NCBI GenBank assembly: GCA_965232235.1
Contig: OZ246960.1
Span: 3,405,397 to 3,469,396 of the forward strand
Reading direction: 5' to 3'
Length of the DNA stretch: 64,000 bases
DNA from: Candidatus Poribacteria bacterium
Lineage (GTDB): Bacteria; Poribacteria; WGA-4E; JAJDTR01
How positions within the stretch are numbered: the first letter of the stretch is position 1; each line of letters opens with the position of its first letter. The position numbers and the translations under genes were made by a program. Positions 39,789 to 49,912 of this stretch are shown here, piece by piece. The notes under the pieces were generated by a model, which was given only the letters and a program-made list of their open reading frames with translations, searched no databases and was not told where the DNA came from.

Positions 39789-40748
39789 CTACGCATCTCC
39801 ATCCGGGTGCATTAGAATCTTCAGAGAAGGTTCTGGACTGCGGGTCAGGTCAAACGCCTCAGGAAATTGGGCGAGTGGGAAATGATGACTGATAATCTCC
39901 GTTAGGTTTACTCTCCTTGATTTAGCAAACTCAACAGCCCGTTCAAACTTGTCGCCAAAGGCGTGCACGCCTACAATCTTCAACTCGCGGAAGAAGATGT
40001 CATATGGTTTGACGGTCATTGTTGCGTCGGGTGCCGCAACGCCGAATAGCAGGAAGCTGCCCCCGGATCGGGTAAAGCCAAGCAGCTGTTCCTGAGCAAT
40101 AGGATTGCCCGTTGCATCAATGGTCAGATCGAACCTCTTGGGGTGCGCGTCCAAGAGCTGTTCCTTAAGATTATGGTTGGCATCAAATACTTCGTCTGCC
40201 CCCAATTCTTTCGCCTTGGTCAGTTTTTCCACTGCGATATCCGCAACCGCAACCGACCGAGCTCCCGCGAGTTTGACCACCTGCATGAGTAGCAACCCGA
40301 TTGGACCGGCGCCCACGACCAAGACTTCATCGCCAAGATTTACCTCAACTGTGTCGATTCCGTTGATAGCGCAGGCTAAAGGCTCAATAAGCGCTCCTTC
40401 GTCGTAAGTGAGATTGCCAATCTTGAAGGCGTTTTCTTCCCGCACTTTCGCGTAGTCCTCGAAACCGCCGGGTGCCCACACGCCGTATCCCGCGCCCGGA
40501 TGAACAGCTACACGGTCTCCCGGAACCAATCTCGTGACATTTTTTCCCACCTCAATAACCTCACCCGAAAATTCGTGCCCGGGAATAACAGGAAAATATC
40601 CGCCGTACTCTCCCTTCAGAATGTGGAGATCGGTGCCGCAAATGCCTGCCGAGCAAACTTTAAGTAGAACTTCGTCGTCATCGTGTTCGGGTATTTCAGT
40701 AGTTCCCACGCGCAGCGTGTCGATTGCATCAAAGAATATTGCTTGCAT
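39789..40748 (-). CDS. Zn-dependent MDR alcohol/polyol dehydrogenase, paralog 1
   Basis: GICGTD, GHE, EPLAC, GAGPIG. Start at ATG 40748. Confidence 0.92.
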   Translation of the reverse strand: MQAIFFDAIDTLRVGTTEIPEHDDDEVLLKVCSAGICGTDLHILKGEYGGYFPVIPGHEFSGEVIEVGKNVTRLVPGDRVAVHPGAGYGVWAPGGFEDYAKVREENAFKIGNLTYDEGALIEPLACAINGIDTVEVNLGDEVLVVGAGPIGLLLMQVVKLAGARSVAVADIAVEKLTKAKELGADEVFDANHNLKEQLLDAHPKRFDLTIDATGNPIAQEQLLGFTRSGGSFLLFGVAAPDATMTVKPYDIFFRELKIVGVHAFGDKFERAVEFAKSRRVNLTEIISHHFPLAQFPEAFDLTRSPEPSLKILMHPDGDA

Positions 40749-40956
40749 ATCGGTTCTTCCGCTCCTGTTGATGATAAACCCAATTGGAAGGCAAGCCAAA
40801 AACCCGACGATCCTCAAATCTTATATTAGTCCAAGCTCGAATAAAAGTCGGGAATCCTGGTGGAATTGCCCTCAGACATGTGAATCCCCATTTGGTTCAC
40901 GACTGCGTGGTGTGTTCGAGCGCACTGTGTCCGACACCCGACATCCTTTCTAAGGA

Positions 40957-41913
40957 TTATGAAGCCTGAGGATGCATTAGGATTTTGAGCGACGGCTCTG
41001 GTCCGCGCGTTGTTTCTATGGCTTTGGCGAATTCGGCAAGGGGGAAATGATGGCTGATGAGGTCCACGAGCTCTACGCGCTTCGCTTTTGCAAGTGCCAA
41101 TGACCTCTCGAATTTGTTGCCGAGTGAGTATGCCCCGATTATCTTTAGTTCACGCCGGAAAATATCATAAGGCTCGACTCCCATGATGGCACCAGGCGAA
41201 GCGAATCCAAACACTAATACCGTACCTCGCTCAGCGGTGAAACCCAGGAGCCGTTCTTGGGCTTTGGGATTCCCTGTGGCGTCAATTGTCAAATGAAATC
41301 CGTCGGGATGCGTGGCAAGAAGCTGTTCCTTGAGATCTTTGCCTACGATAATGGTCTCGTCCGCACCAAGTTCTTTGGCTTTGGCAAGTTTTTCTTCCAC
41401 GACATCCGTGACTGTAACCGAGAGCGCTCCAGATAGTTTTGCCACTTGTAACATTAACAAACCGATGGGGCCCGCACCGGCTACAAGCACCTCATCGCCC
41501 AAAGTAACCCTTGCGCTGTCAATAGCGTGGACGATACAGCCAAGAGTTTCTATCAGCGCACCTTCATCGTAGGTGAGATCGCCCAAGGGGTGAGCCCGTG
41601 ATGCGAGAACTGCAACGTAATCTTCAAATCCACCGGCGGTCAGAGTCCCATATCCAACTCCCGACGGATTGACCGTCACGCGGTCGCCCAGGCTGTGAGT
41701 GGAGACATTCTTCCCAATTTCAACGACATCTCCGCAAAATTCATGACCGGGAATGACCGGAAGCACACCAAACTCCCCTTTGAGGATGTGAATGTCGCTC
41801 CCACAGATTCCAGCCGATCGAACATTTAGCAAGATTTCATCGTCACGGAGTTTCGGGATTTCTCTGGTACCGACTCGTATAGTCTCAATATCGTCAATGT
41901 AAACGGCTTGCAT
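40957..41913 (-). CDS. Zn-dependent MDR alcohol/polyol dehydrogenase, paralog 2
   Basis: GICGSD, GHE, ETLGC, GAGPIG. Collinear with paralog 1. Start at 41913 by alignment. Confidence 0.92.
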   Translation of the reverse strand: MQAVYIDDIETIRVGTREIPKLRDDEILLNVRSAGICGSDIHILKGEFGVLPVIPGHEFCGDVVEIGKNVSTHSLGDRVTVNPSGVGYGTLTAGGFEDYVAVLASRAHPLGDLTYDEGALIETLGCIVHAIDSARVTLGDEVLVAGAGPIGLLMLQVAKLSGALSVTVTDVVEEKLAKAKELGADETIIVGKDLKEQLLATHPDGFHLTIDATGNPKAQERLLGFTAERGTVLVFGFASPGAIMGVEPYDIFRRELKIIGAYSLGNKFERSLALAKAKRVELVDLISHHFPLAEFAKAIETTRGPEPSLKILMHPQAS

Positions 41914-42234
41914 TCTGTCACCTTTCATGTGCGACAGCCACGGGTGATTAGTCAAAAAAATAATGCTGCTTTTTGGAATGTTCTGCGGGCAACATATCTA
42001 GAAGTTCCATATCTTCAATAGGGAAACGCCCGGATATTTTCTCCGAAACAAGCTTGAAATCACCGGTGGTGTTGAAGTTTTTTTCGTTTCGTCGTCCGTC
42101 CTGTCCATCGTTTTCGTACGCTTCTGAATCGGCAAAAAAATTCATCAACCATACAGTTTTCAGTTGCTCGGTTCGAATATTTCTCCGTTCCCGATTTTCT
42201 TAGATCCTGGTGAAAAGTACATTTGTCGGGTGCG

Positions 42235-42386
42235 ATCAAAGGAGCGAAAAGCAATCGACCGAATGATTAGGGAGGGATCAAGTGAGTGAATAACGAACGA
42301 TCAAACGAGCGGATCGCGCGTGCTATAGAAATCCCGATAGAGCTCCCATAGAAAATCCCCTGCGATAGAGTTCCCATAGAGATTCC
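42235..42386 (+). mobile_element. Nested stack of ~35-bp micro-elements (at least four deep)
   Basis: Left halves start at 42235, 42254 and 42277. An intact unit spans 42300-42334. Right halves follow at 42335, 42347, 42359 and 42375. Confidence 0.8.
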
Positions 42387-42738
42387 ACAGGTATATATCA
42401 GACAACACTAAATACATGACGAAACTTCCCACAAATGATTAAATATGATTTTGCTGCCGACTATTCAAACAGCCTCTTAAGGGGATTGAAATGTAGTTGC
42501 ATTTTTATTTAAATTCGATTAGGTAATTGAGCCAAATGCCTTGCAACTTTGCCAAGCCTGCTTGTTGAACATTGTCCAGTCAATCAACGTTCAGAATACG
42601 CGATAATGATAGCATTGTCAAGATATTTCATCTTGTATTACGCTCAAAGTCGTGTATAATAAAATTGGAGGGTTAAGGGGCATTTACCACACCCCGTGCA
42701 GAACTATCGTTCGTTCATTGAAGAAAAAGAGGGGCATC

Positions 42739-45501
42739 ATGAATAGTTGGCGAGGCTTAAAAATTGAGGTTGAGGGCACTGGCATTACGACGTCTTTGAG
42801 CGAGCAGGTGCATCTGTTGGGATTGCTTCTCGGTCATGCCATCCGGCAGCAGGCGGGAGATGAAATCGTGGGATTAGCCGAACAGCTGCGAGTCCTCTGC
42901 AAAGATGCGGCAACCACGGGAAACGAGCAGCTTCGAGACCGGGCGGGCGAAATCATCCAATCACTGTCGAGTGAACAGATTGTCTGGTTGCTTCGAGCGT
43001 ACACCGGTTTTTTCTATCTCGTCAACAAAGCGGAACAGCGCGAAATCGTGCGTATCAACCGCGAGCGGCAGAGAAACGCGACAACCGAGACTCCACGGGT
43101 GGAATCAATCGCGGAAGCCATCCACTACCTCAAACAGGCAGGTGTCCCCTTCAAGGATGTAATGATGTGGATAGAACGTTTGGATATTCAACCGACGTTC
43201 ACGGCGCACCCCACCGAAGTCCGCCGAAGAAGTATAGCACGCAAACAGCAACAGGTTGCCGATCAGCTTAAAATGCTTCAGACACAAATCCTCCTTCCCT
43301 CGGAGCGCGATATCGTCATTAGGGATATCTATTCTCAGATTGCACTGCTGCTCGCAACTGACGAGATCCGGATTGAACGTCCCTCTGTGATTGATGAAGT
43401 GGAACATGCTCTCCATTTCTTGAGTACCTGTGTTTGGCAGACCGTACCTCAGTTGTACGGGGATTTGCGGGAGGCGCTCAAGGTATATTACGAGCGTGAT
43501 GTGGAATTACCCACATTTCTGCGCTTCCGTTCATGGGTCGGCGGGGACCGTGACGGCAATCCCAATGTAACCGCGGAAATCACTCGCGCTGCACTTCGAC
43601 TCAACCGGGAAACAGTCATCGACCTTTACATAGACGAATTACGCCTCCTTTGGCATGACTTGAGCATCTCCAGTCACATTAATCCTGTACCGGACGAGCT
43701 TATGGAGTCCTTGCAGGAGGACTCAAAAAGCGGATTATTAACGGAAGATGAGATTCATCCGTTCTCGAATGAACCGTACCGAATCAAGGTCAGCCATGTC
43801 ATGGCGCGACTAAGAAAGATGCGGGATGGGACGAACGTAGCGACCGAAAGGAAATACGGCCCCGCGAGTTTCGTTAGTGATCTGGAATTGATTCAACGCT
43901 GCCTAAAGGACGGTAATATGTCAGAACTTGCCGAAACGGGACATCTTGCGGACTTGGTAGTCCGTGCACGGACGTTTGGATTCCATCTAACGGCGCTTGA
44001 TATTCGCCAACACAGCAAGATTCACGAGGAAGCGGTTGGTCAATTGCTGGCTACCGGAGGGGTATGTAGGAACTATTCGTCTCTTGCCGAGGAGGAGCGC
44101 CTTCAAATCCTCGAACGTGAACTGAAAAACAGACGACCATTGTTGCCTCCCAAAACGGAAACCACAGGCGAAGCACAATTGATGCTTGAGATAATGGAGT
44201 TGGTTGCGGAGGCTGTTGAGCATGACAGCGACTCGATCGGCAGCTACATCATCAGCATGACAGACGCCGTCAGTGATCTCCTCGAAGTGATGCTTTTGCT
44301 TAAAGAGGTTGGGTTGTGGCACTACGATGAAGGAATGGTACATAGCGTGATTGATGTAGTTCCGCTCCTAGAGACCATTGACGATCTTGAACGAGCGGAG
44401 TCCTTGATGGCGTCTCTCTTCACGAATCCCGTTTACCGCCTTCATCTCAAAGCGCGTAACGACTTTCAAGAAATCATGCTGGGCTATTCCGACAGCAATA
44501 AAGACGGCGGTTACTGGATGGCAAACTGGTCGCTGCACAAGGCGCAAGCTGTGTTAGCCCGCGTTTGCCAGCAATTTCAGGTAGAGATGCGTCTGTTTCA
44601 CGGAAGGGGCGGAACCATAGGACGCGGAGGCGGCAGAGCAAATCGCGCAATCTTCGCCATGGCACAGGAGACTTACAACGGGCGTATCCGTTTCACTGAG
44701 CAAGGCGAAGTAATTTCTTTTCGTTACTCTCTGCCGGGTATCGCCCATAGGCATTTAGAGCAGATAGTCAACGCCATGCTAAAAACAATGCACCCTGAAT
44801 CTTCAAATTTGGGACAAGACTCGAACCAGCTGATGGAAATCCTTGCTGGCGAATCAATGAAGGCTTATCGCAATCTGATTGATGACGACGACTTCTGGCC
44901 GTGGTACGTGCAAGTAACGCCAATCGAACAAATTAGCCATCTTCCGATTGCCTCACGTCCGGCATCGCGCAAAGCTGGCAGCGAAGTCGATTTTGAGGAT
45001 TTACGTGCTATCCCTTGGAATTTCTCGTGGATTCAAACACGTTACAATGTACCGGGATGGTATGGAATGGGTAGTGCGCTGAATAAGTACGTGGATGAGC
45101 ATCAAAGCGGCTCCGATGATTTACAGGAATACTATCGCAACTGGCCCTTTTTCCGCGCAGTAGTCGACAATGCCCAAGCGGAAATGGCTAGGGCACGTCT
45201 TGATATGGCTAAGCGGTATGCTTCTCTGTCAGATGGTACATTCCACGAACGGATACGGCACGATTTTGAACTCGCACAACGTGCCATCCTACATATCACG
45301 GGTCAGTCAGAGCTATTGGACAACAACCCCGTCATCCAAAAATCGATCAGACTTCGTAATCCTTACACCGATGTATTGAACTTGCTCCAAACCGAGCTGC
45401 TGAGGCGTTGGAGGGAGTTGCCCGAAGACAACTCGGAACTGCGTCAATCCATGTTCTTGGCAATCAATGGCATTGCCGCGGCGATGCACAGTACAGGATA
45501 A
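42739..45501 (+). CDS. ppc: Phosphoenolpyruvate carboxylase
   Basis: FTAHPTE, GGDRDGNP, MLGYSDSNKDGG, FHGRGGTIGRGGG, LRAIPW, LRNPY, C-terminal MHSTG. Confidence 0.98.
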   Translation: MNSWRGLKIEVEGTGITTSLSEQVHLLGLLLGHAIRQQAGDEIVGLAEQLRVLCKDAATTGNEQLRDRAGEIIQSLSSEQIVWLLRAYTGFFYLVNKAEQREIVRINRERQRNATTETPRVESIAEAIHYLKQAGVPFKDVMMWIERLDIQPTFTAHPTEVRRRSIARKQQQVADQLKMLQTQILLPSERDIVIRDIYSQIALLLATDEIRIERPSVIDEVEHALHFLSTCVWQTVPQLYGDLREALKVYYERDVELPTFLRFRSWVGGDRDGNPNVTAEITRAALRLNRETVIDLYIDELRLLWHDLSISSHINPVPDELMESLQEDSKSGLLTEDEIHPFSNEPYRIKVSHVMARLRKMRDGTNVATERKYGPASFVSDLELIQRCLKDGNMSELAETGHLADLVVRARTFGFHLTALDIRQHSKIHEEAVGQLLATGGVCRNYSSLAEEERLQILERELKNRRPLLPPKTETTGEAQLMLEIMELVAEAVEHDSDSIGSYIISMTDAVSDLLEVMLLLKEVGLWHYDEGMVHSVIDVVPLLETIDDLERAESLMASLFTNPVYRLHLKARNDFQEIMLGYSDSNKDGGYWMANWSLHKAQAVLARVCQQFQVEMRLFHGRGGTIGRGGGRANRAIFAMAQETYNGRIRFTEQGEVISFRYSLPGIAHRHLEQIVNAMLKTMHPESSNLGQDSNQLMEILAGESMKAYRNLIDDDDFWPWYVQVTPIEQISHLPIASRPASRKAGSEVDFEDLRAIPWNFSWIQTRYNVPGWYGMGSALNKYVDEHQSGSDDLQEYYRNWPFFRAVVDNAQAEMARARLDMAKRYASLSDGTFHERIRHDFELAQRAILHITGQSELLDNNPVIQKSIRLRNPYTDVLNLLQTELLRRWRELPEDNSELRQSMFLAINGIAAAMHSTG

Positions 45502-45542
45502 TCGTCTAAAAAAGAGTATTCTTATAGATTGAGGAGACACAC

Positions 45543-46916
45543 ATGATTGAGAAGAGACTATACCAAGAAACGTATCGCCCCCAGTTCCACTTTACCGCGA
45601 AAAAGAACTGGCTGAACGATCCCAACGGTCTGATTTATTACAATGGTGAATATCATCTGTTCTTCCAGCACAATCCTTCGGGAATCGACTGGGGAAATAT
45701 GACATGGGGGCACGCTGTTAGCCCGGACATGGTGCACTGGGAACAGTTGCCTCATGCTATTGAGCCGGATGAGCTAGGGACAATTTTTTCCGGTTCGGGA
45801 GTTGTCGATTGGGACAATACATCGGGATTCCAGACGGGCGAAGAAAGTGTGTTGGTTGTTATCTACACGTCCGCGGGAGAGTTTGCACCAAAGAAAACAA
45901 CCTATACACAGAGCATCGCCTACAGCAACGATAGGGGAAGAACATGGACGAAGTACGAAAACAACCCGGTACTTTCCAATCTTGCCAAAGGGAACCGAGA
46001 TCCAAAGGTTGTTTGGCATAGTCCTACGAAGAAATGGGTGATGGCGCTCTATTTAGAAAACAGCGACTTCGCGCTTTTCGGATCGTCGGATCTGAAATCT
46101 TGGGCGAAACTGTCCGATGTTCATCTGCCCGGTGCCAGCGAATGCCCGGATCTCTTTGAACTGCCGGTGGATGGGAACCCCGACCACACGAAGTGGGTGT
46201 TCTGGGGAGCAAACGGGCGGCATTTCATCGGAACGTTTGACGGGGAACATTTTACCACGGAAAGCGATGTTCTGCGTACCGAACATGGCGCAAACTGTTA
46301 TGCCGCGCAAACGTGGTGTGATATTCCTTCGTCTGACAATCGGAGGCTGCAGATTGCTTGGATGAATGGAGGGAAGTACCCCGATATGCCTTTTAACCAA
46401 CAGATGGCTTTTCCTTGCGAATTGACGTTGAAAACCACCGCTGATGGTATAAGGATGTTTCGCAAACCGGTGAGGGAGATAGAAACTATTCACGATCAGC
46501 GGCATTCATGGAATAATCAATCGTTGGCATTTACAAATAACTTGCTTGATAATATCGAAGGCGAACTGTTCGATATTCGCGCGGAGATTAAACTTGGAGA
46601 TGCGAGCGCGGTGGGGTTTACCGTAAGAGGAGAGGACATTCATTATGATATTGACGTACAGACGTTGACCTGCCTCGAAAAGTCTGCGTCACTCCAACCC
46701 ATTGACGGGCGGATTGAGTTACAGATCTTGGTGGATCGGTCTTCGATTGAAGTATTCGGGAACGACGGTCGATTGTCGATGTGTTCCTGTTTTCTTCCCG
46801 ACACGACGAACAGAAGTCTGCGAATCTTTTCCTCCGGCGGAGAAGCCCGAATCATCTCTTTGGACGTCTACGAACTCCGATCAGCTTGGTCTGCGGACGA
46901 CCTTACAAATAATTGA
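45543..46916 (+). CDS. Glycoside hydrolase family 32 (levanase/beta-fructosidase)
   Basis: WLNDPNG, WGHAVS, FSGS, RDP, ECP, DRSSIEVF. No signal peptide. Confidence 0.95.
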   Translation: MIEKRLYQETYRPQFHFTAKKNWLNDPNGLIYYNGEYHLFFQHNPSGIDWGNMTWGHAVSPDMVHWEQLPHAIEPDELGTIFSGSGVVDWDNTSGFQTGEESVLVVIYTSAGEFAPKKTTYTQSIAYSNDRGRTWTKYENNPVLSNLAKGNRDPKVVWHSPTKKWVMALYLENSDFALFGSSDLKSWAKLSDVHLPGASECPDLFELPVDGNPDHTKWVFWGANGRHFIGTFDGEHFTTESDVLRTEHGANCYAAQTWCDIPSSDNRRLQIAWMNGGKYPDMPFNQQMAFPCELTLKTTADGIRMFRKPVREIETIHDQRHSWNNQSLAFTNNLLDNIEGELFDIRAEIKLGDASAVGFTVRGEDIHYDIDVQTLTCLEKSASLQPIDGRIELQILVDRSSIEVFGNDGRLSMCSCFLPDTTNRSLRIFSSGGEARIISLDVYELRSAWSADDLTNN

Positions 46917-47334
46917 CGAATCTTCATAGCCTGGGCATCGAAAATCAACATCTCCTGTTGGAATCACCCATGTCAATCGTTCCTCTAACCAAAACACTGG
47001 AATCAATCTAAGAGGGGAACATGAATGGCGAGTGTTGAATCCACTCATCGCGAGGTTCGTGCGCGCGATGGCAGTAGGTTTCGCATTTAAAGGAGTGTTC
47101 CGACCCGATTCGCAGGCAGTTGCTCGGCGCAAATACCGGTGGGATAGGGACTTCACCCACGCGTAAAGGGGGTGTGCTACTGAAGATTTCGGCGGTGGAA
47201 CACTTCGGTGGAAGATCTGTTACAGACTGGTACGCGAGCGTCGTGGGCGCCCGGTGGTTTCTTTGGGACGCAACCACTCTGAGCCACGAAAATCTGATTC
47301 CAATGATTGAAACCCGCCAGTCACTGACACAATC

Positions 47335-47745
47335 CTACGAATAAACTGTCAGCACCAACTTTCTGTTGCCGCCGCGATTTCTGAATTCGCACAGATAGAT
47401 TCCTTGCCAGATCCCCAGATTCAACCGATGGTCGGTAATCGGTACGCTCACGGAAGATCCGACCAGCGCCGATTTTATGTGCGCAGGCATGTCGTCGCTG
47501 CCTTCTACCGTATGAACGTAATGGTTGGCATCTTCGGGAATTAAGAGGTTGAAGCTGGTTTCAAAATCGTCCCTTACCGTAACATCCGCGTTCTCGTTGA
47601 TGGTTAATCCAGCCGACGGGTGCTTGATGAAAACGTGGAGGATTCCACTCTCCGGCAGCGGATCCAACTGCTTAAGAATTTCCTGTGTAATTAAATGGAA
47701 ACCGCGGGGATACTCGTTCAGAGTAACTTCGATTTGGTGGGCCAT
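47335..47745 (-). CDS. yjbQ: YjbQ/UPF0047 family protein
   Basis: HPSAGLTINEN, DDMPAHIKS, LGIWQGIYLCE. Confidence 0.92.
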   Translation of the reverse strand: MAHQIEVTLNEYPRGFHLITQEILKQLDPLPESGILHVFIKHPSAGLTINENADVTVRDDFETSFNLLIPEDANHYVHTVEGSDDMPAHIKSALVGSSVSVPITDHRLNLGIWQGIYLCEFRNRGGNRKLVLTVYS

Positions 47746-47859
47746 ACCACGATGGGAACGATGTGTTGCAGCGAGTGATGACCGCGAAGATCAGAGTAAC
47801 GCGGCCATCACTTACGGTTCAACTACAATACCATTTTGTATAGCGGTAATTGCGAACTG

Positions 47860-48609
47860 TTAGCTAACGACGCTGTTTTGCAAGATACCAATGCCTTCGA
47901 TTTCTACCTCAACCGTATCCCCTGCCGCCAACGCTTTCGTCGTGCCCGGAGTACCCGTGAATATGGCATCGCCCGGTTCGAGTGTCATCACCTGCGAGAC
48001 GAAGCTTACAATGGTTGGCACGGGGAAAATGAGGTCGGCGGTGGTCTGGGATTGAATAGTATTGCCGTTGATTCGTGTCTCCAGTTGGAGATTGCCGTAG
48101 TCTACGTCGGTAGCGATTGCTGGTCCCATAGGACCAAATGTGTCGCAGGCTTTCCCGCGCCACCATTGCATATCGTTATGCTGCCACGTACGCGCACTTA
48201 CATCGTTGCCGCATGTGACTCCCAAGATATTGTCAACCGCTTCCTTCGGTGTTACATTGCGTGTGCGGTCCTTAATGACGACGACCAACTCACCCTCGGC
48301 GTGAACATCATCATCACCCACCGGCAGTTCTATTTCGCCATTCGGATCGTTAATACACGAGGGCGTTTTGATGAACATCTCCGGGTTCGCGGGTTCTGGT
48401 TCGTCTCCCAAGTGGCTGCGGTAGTTTAGCCCAACAGCCAAGATTTTTGACGGGACTGTTGGCGCAAGCAGCTTTACATCGGCCAGCGCGACAGTCCTAC
48501 CGCTTTCTTCGCACTCTTCGAAGATATCGCCGTTAAGTTCAGCAATTGTGTCACCGGAAAGGATTCCGTATGAAACACTACCATTCACTTCATACCGAAC
48601 ATATTTCAT
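47860..48609 (-). CDS. Fumarylacetoacetate hydrolase family protein
   Basis: GLNYRSH, EGEL, NDVSAR, K.CDTFGP, TGTPG. Confidence 0.93.
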   Translation of the reverse strand: MKYVRYEVNGSVSYGILSGDTIAELNGDIFEECEESGRTVALADVKLLAPTVPSKILAVGLNYRSHLGDEPEPANPEMFIKTPSCINDPNGEIELPVGDDDVHAEGELVVVIKDRTRNVTPKEAVDNILGVTCGNDVSARTWQHNDMQWWRGKACDTFGPMGPAIATDVDYGNLQLETRINGNTIQSQTTADLIFPVPTIVSFVSQVMTLEPGDAIFTGTPGTTKALAAGDTVEVEIEGIGILQNSVVS

Positions 48610-48745
48610 ATGTCAAATTCCTCCTATTGTTGAAAATACCAATGTTGTAGTTTTGTTGATCTTCCACCTATTTCTATCGTCGATGTTATCTTGATTGACT
48701 CCTTAAACAGAATCAAACGAACATCCTTCTGCCTTCAACCTATAC

Positions 48746-48994
48746 TTAAAACCTGTTTGAATAATCAATGGGAAAGCCACTGTTGGTCAGTTGTAGGAAT
48801 TTTTTCAGGTTTTTATTCTTATATGCTACATACCTGATGCCCCGCTGGGGCTTAGGTGCACGGGGTTCTGGTGTTTCTATACACCTTCAAGATTTCTATC
48901 GCACTCGCTATTCACTCGTTTGATCCCCTCTGGGGCTTTTAGAGGCTGGTGAGCAGTGCGCCCCCTACGAATGTCCTTTTCAAACAGGTTCTTA
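48746..48994. mobile_element. MITE-like element with terminal inverted repeats enclosing two REP-like hairpins
   Basis: TTAAAACCTGTTTGAA (48746-48761) and TTCAAACAGGTTCTTA (48979-48994) match 14/16 as an inverted repeat. No ORF. Internal units at 48826-48852 and 48877-48937. Confidence 0.6.
48890..48924 (-). mobile_element. Single 35-bp micro-element inserted in a REP-like unit
   Basis: Reverse complement ATCAAACGAGTGAATAGCGAGTGCGATAGAAATCT is 34/35 identical to 9159-9193. Removing it restores CTATACACCTTCACCCCTCTGGGGCT. Confidence 0.85.
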
Positions 48995-49128
48995 GTCAAA
49001 CCTACGATGACATGATGCTGATTTTTGTCCGTATCCCGGCTTGTAGGGCTTATGTGCAGGCAAACTGCTAACGCGAACGCAGAAGCAACACGGCTAAAAT
49101 CTTAAGGAAAGGTCGCAGGTTCCGTTGC

Positions 49129-49563
49129 CTATTCGCTGGACTTAGAACGCAGCAGGTGGACACCCAATGCACCGTTCAGCAACGGAAGCACGGCATCAAA
49201 GAGAATCCATATCATCGTTCGAGGATCGGCGCCTACCGGTTTAAAGTCCGCGCCGACATCACTGATGCCGAACCAGTTCCACAAGAAGATTATGGCTGCG
49301 AACATGAACCCGTAGAACTGCGTATTCGCTGCCAAGAACTCTTGAACACTCGAATTCGCGCCAGCGCGGCTCATACGGCTGTAGCTAAAAATCACCCCAA
49401 GTATTATGGAAATGAGAGAGAGCAGGTTGATGATGTCCCAAGCGGAACTATAGGGACTTTCATCGGTGGAGGTATGATAAACCGGCTCAATCACTGTGTG
49501 GATTGCGACTATCGCCGCAATTATAATCAAGACAATTCCTATGAGTCGCTTGAGGCCTTCCAT
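49129..49563 (-). CDS. Hypothetical four-TM membrane protein
   Basis: Four hydrophobic segments. AAGGAG RBS before ATG 49563. Confidence 0.75.
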   Translation of the reverse strand: MEGLKRLIGIVLIIIAAIVAIHTVIEPVYHTSTDESPYSSAWDIINLLSLISIILGVIFSYSRMSRAGANSSVQEFLAANTQFYGFMFAAIIFLWNWFGISDVGADFKPVGADPRTMIWILFDAVLPLLNGALGVHLLRSKSSE

Positions 49564-49912
49564 CGAATTATTCTCCTTTTCCTTTAGGGTAGAGTTAAAT
49601 CCCGGTCGCAAACTGATGTCGCAATTATACTTTCGCCTAGGGACGAATACTCAACGCTAATGATGTGCAACACAGCACCGCAATCGTGGAGTGTCTGGTA
49701 GGCTACTGACGTGGTTGCTAGATTCCGTGAATCCTCTCGCCATTTCCGGTTCACAGTTCTAACGGTGGCAATTTAGATGCCGATAGAAACGCAGCATCAC
49801 TCTAGCATAGAGTCGTAGGAATGTCAAGCCGATATTTACTCTGATTGACAGGGATAATTGGGGTAAATCTTGGACCGGAGGTGCCGATAGTTCATGCGAT
49901 AGTGTCGGCAGC

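Noticed and set aside
46920-47334. Possible decayed gene or ncRNA after GH32
   Set aside because: The RBS-ATG near 47026 closes after about 21 codons, and no family or convincing structure was recognised.
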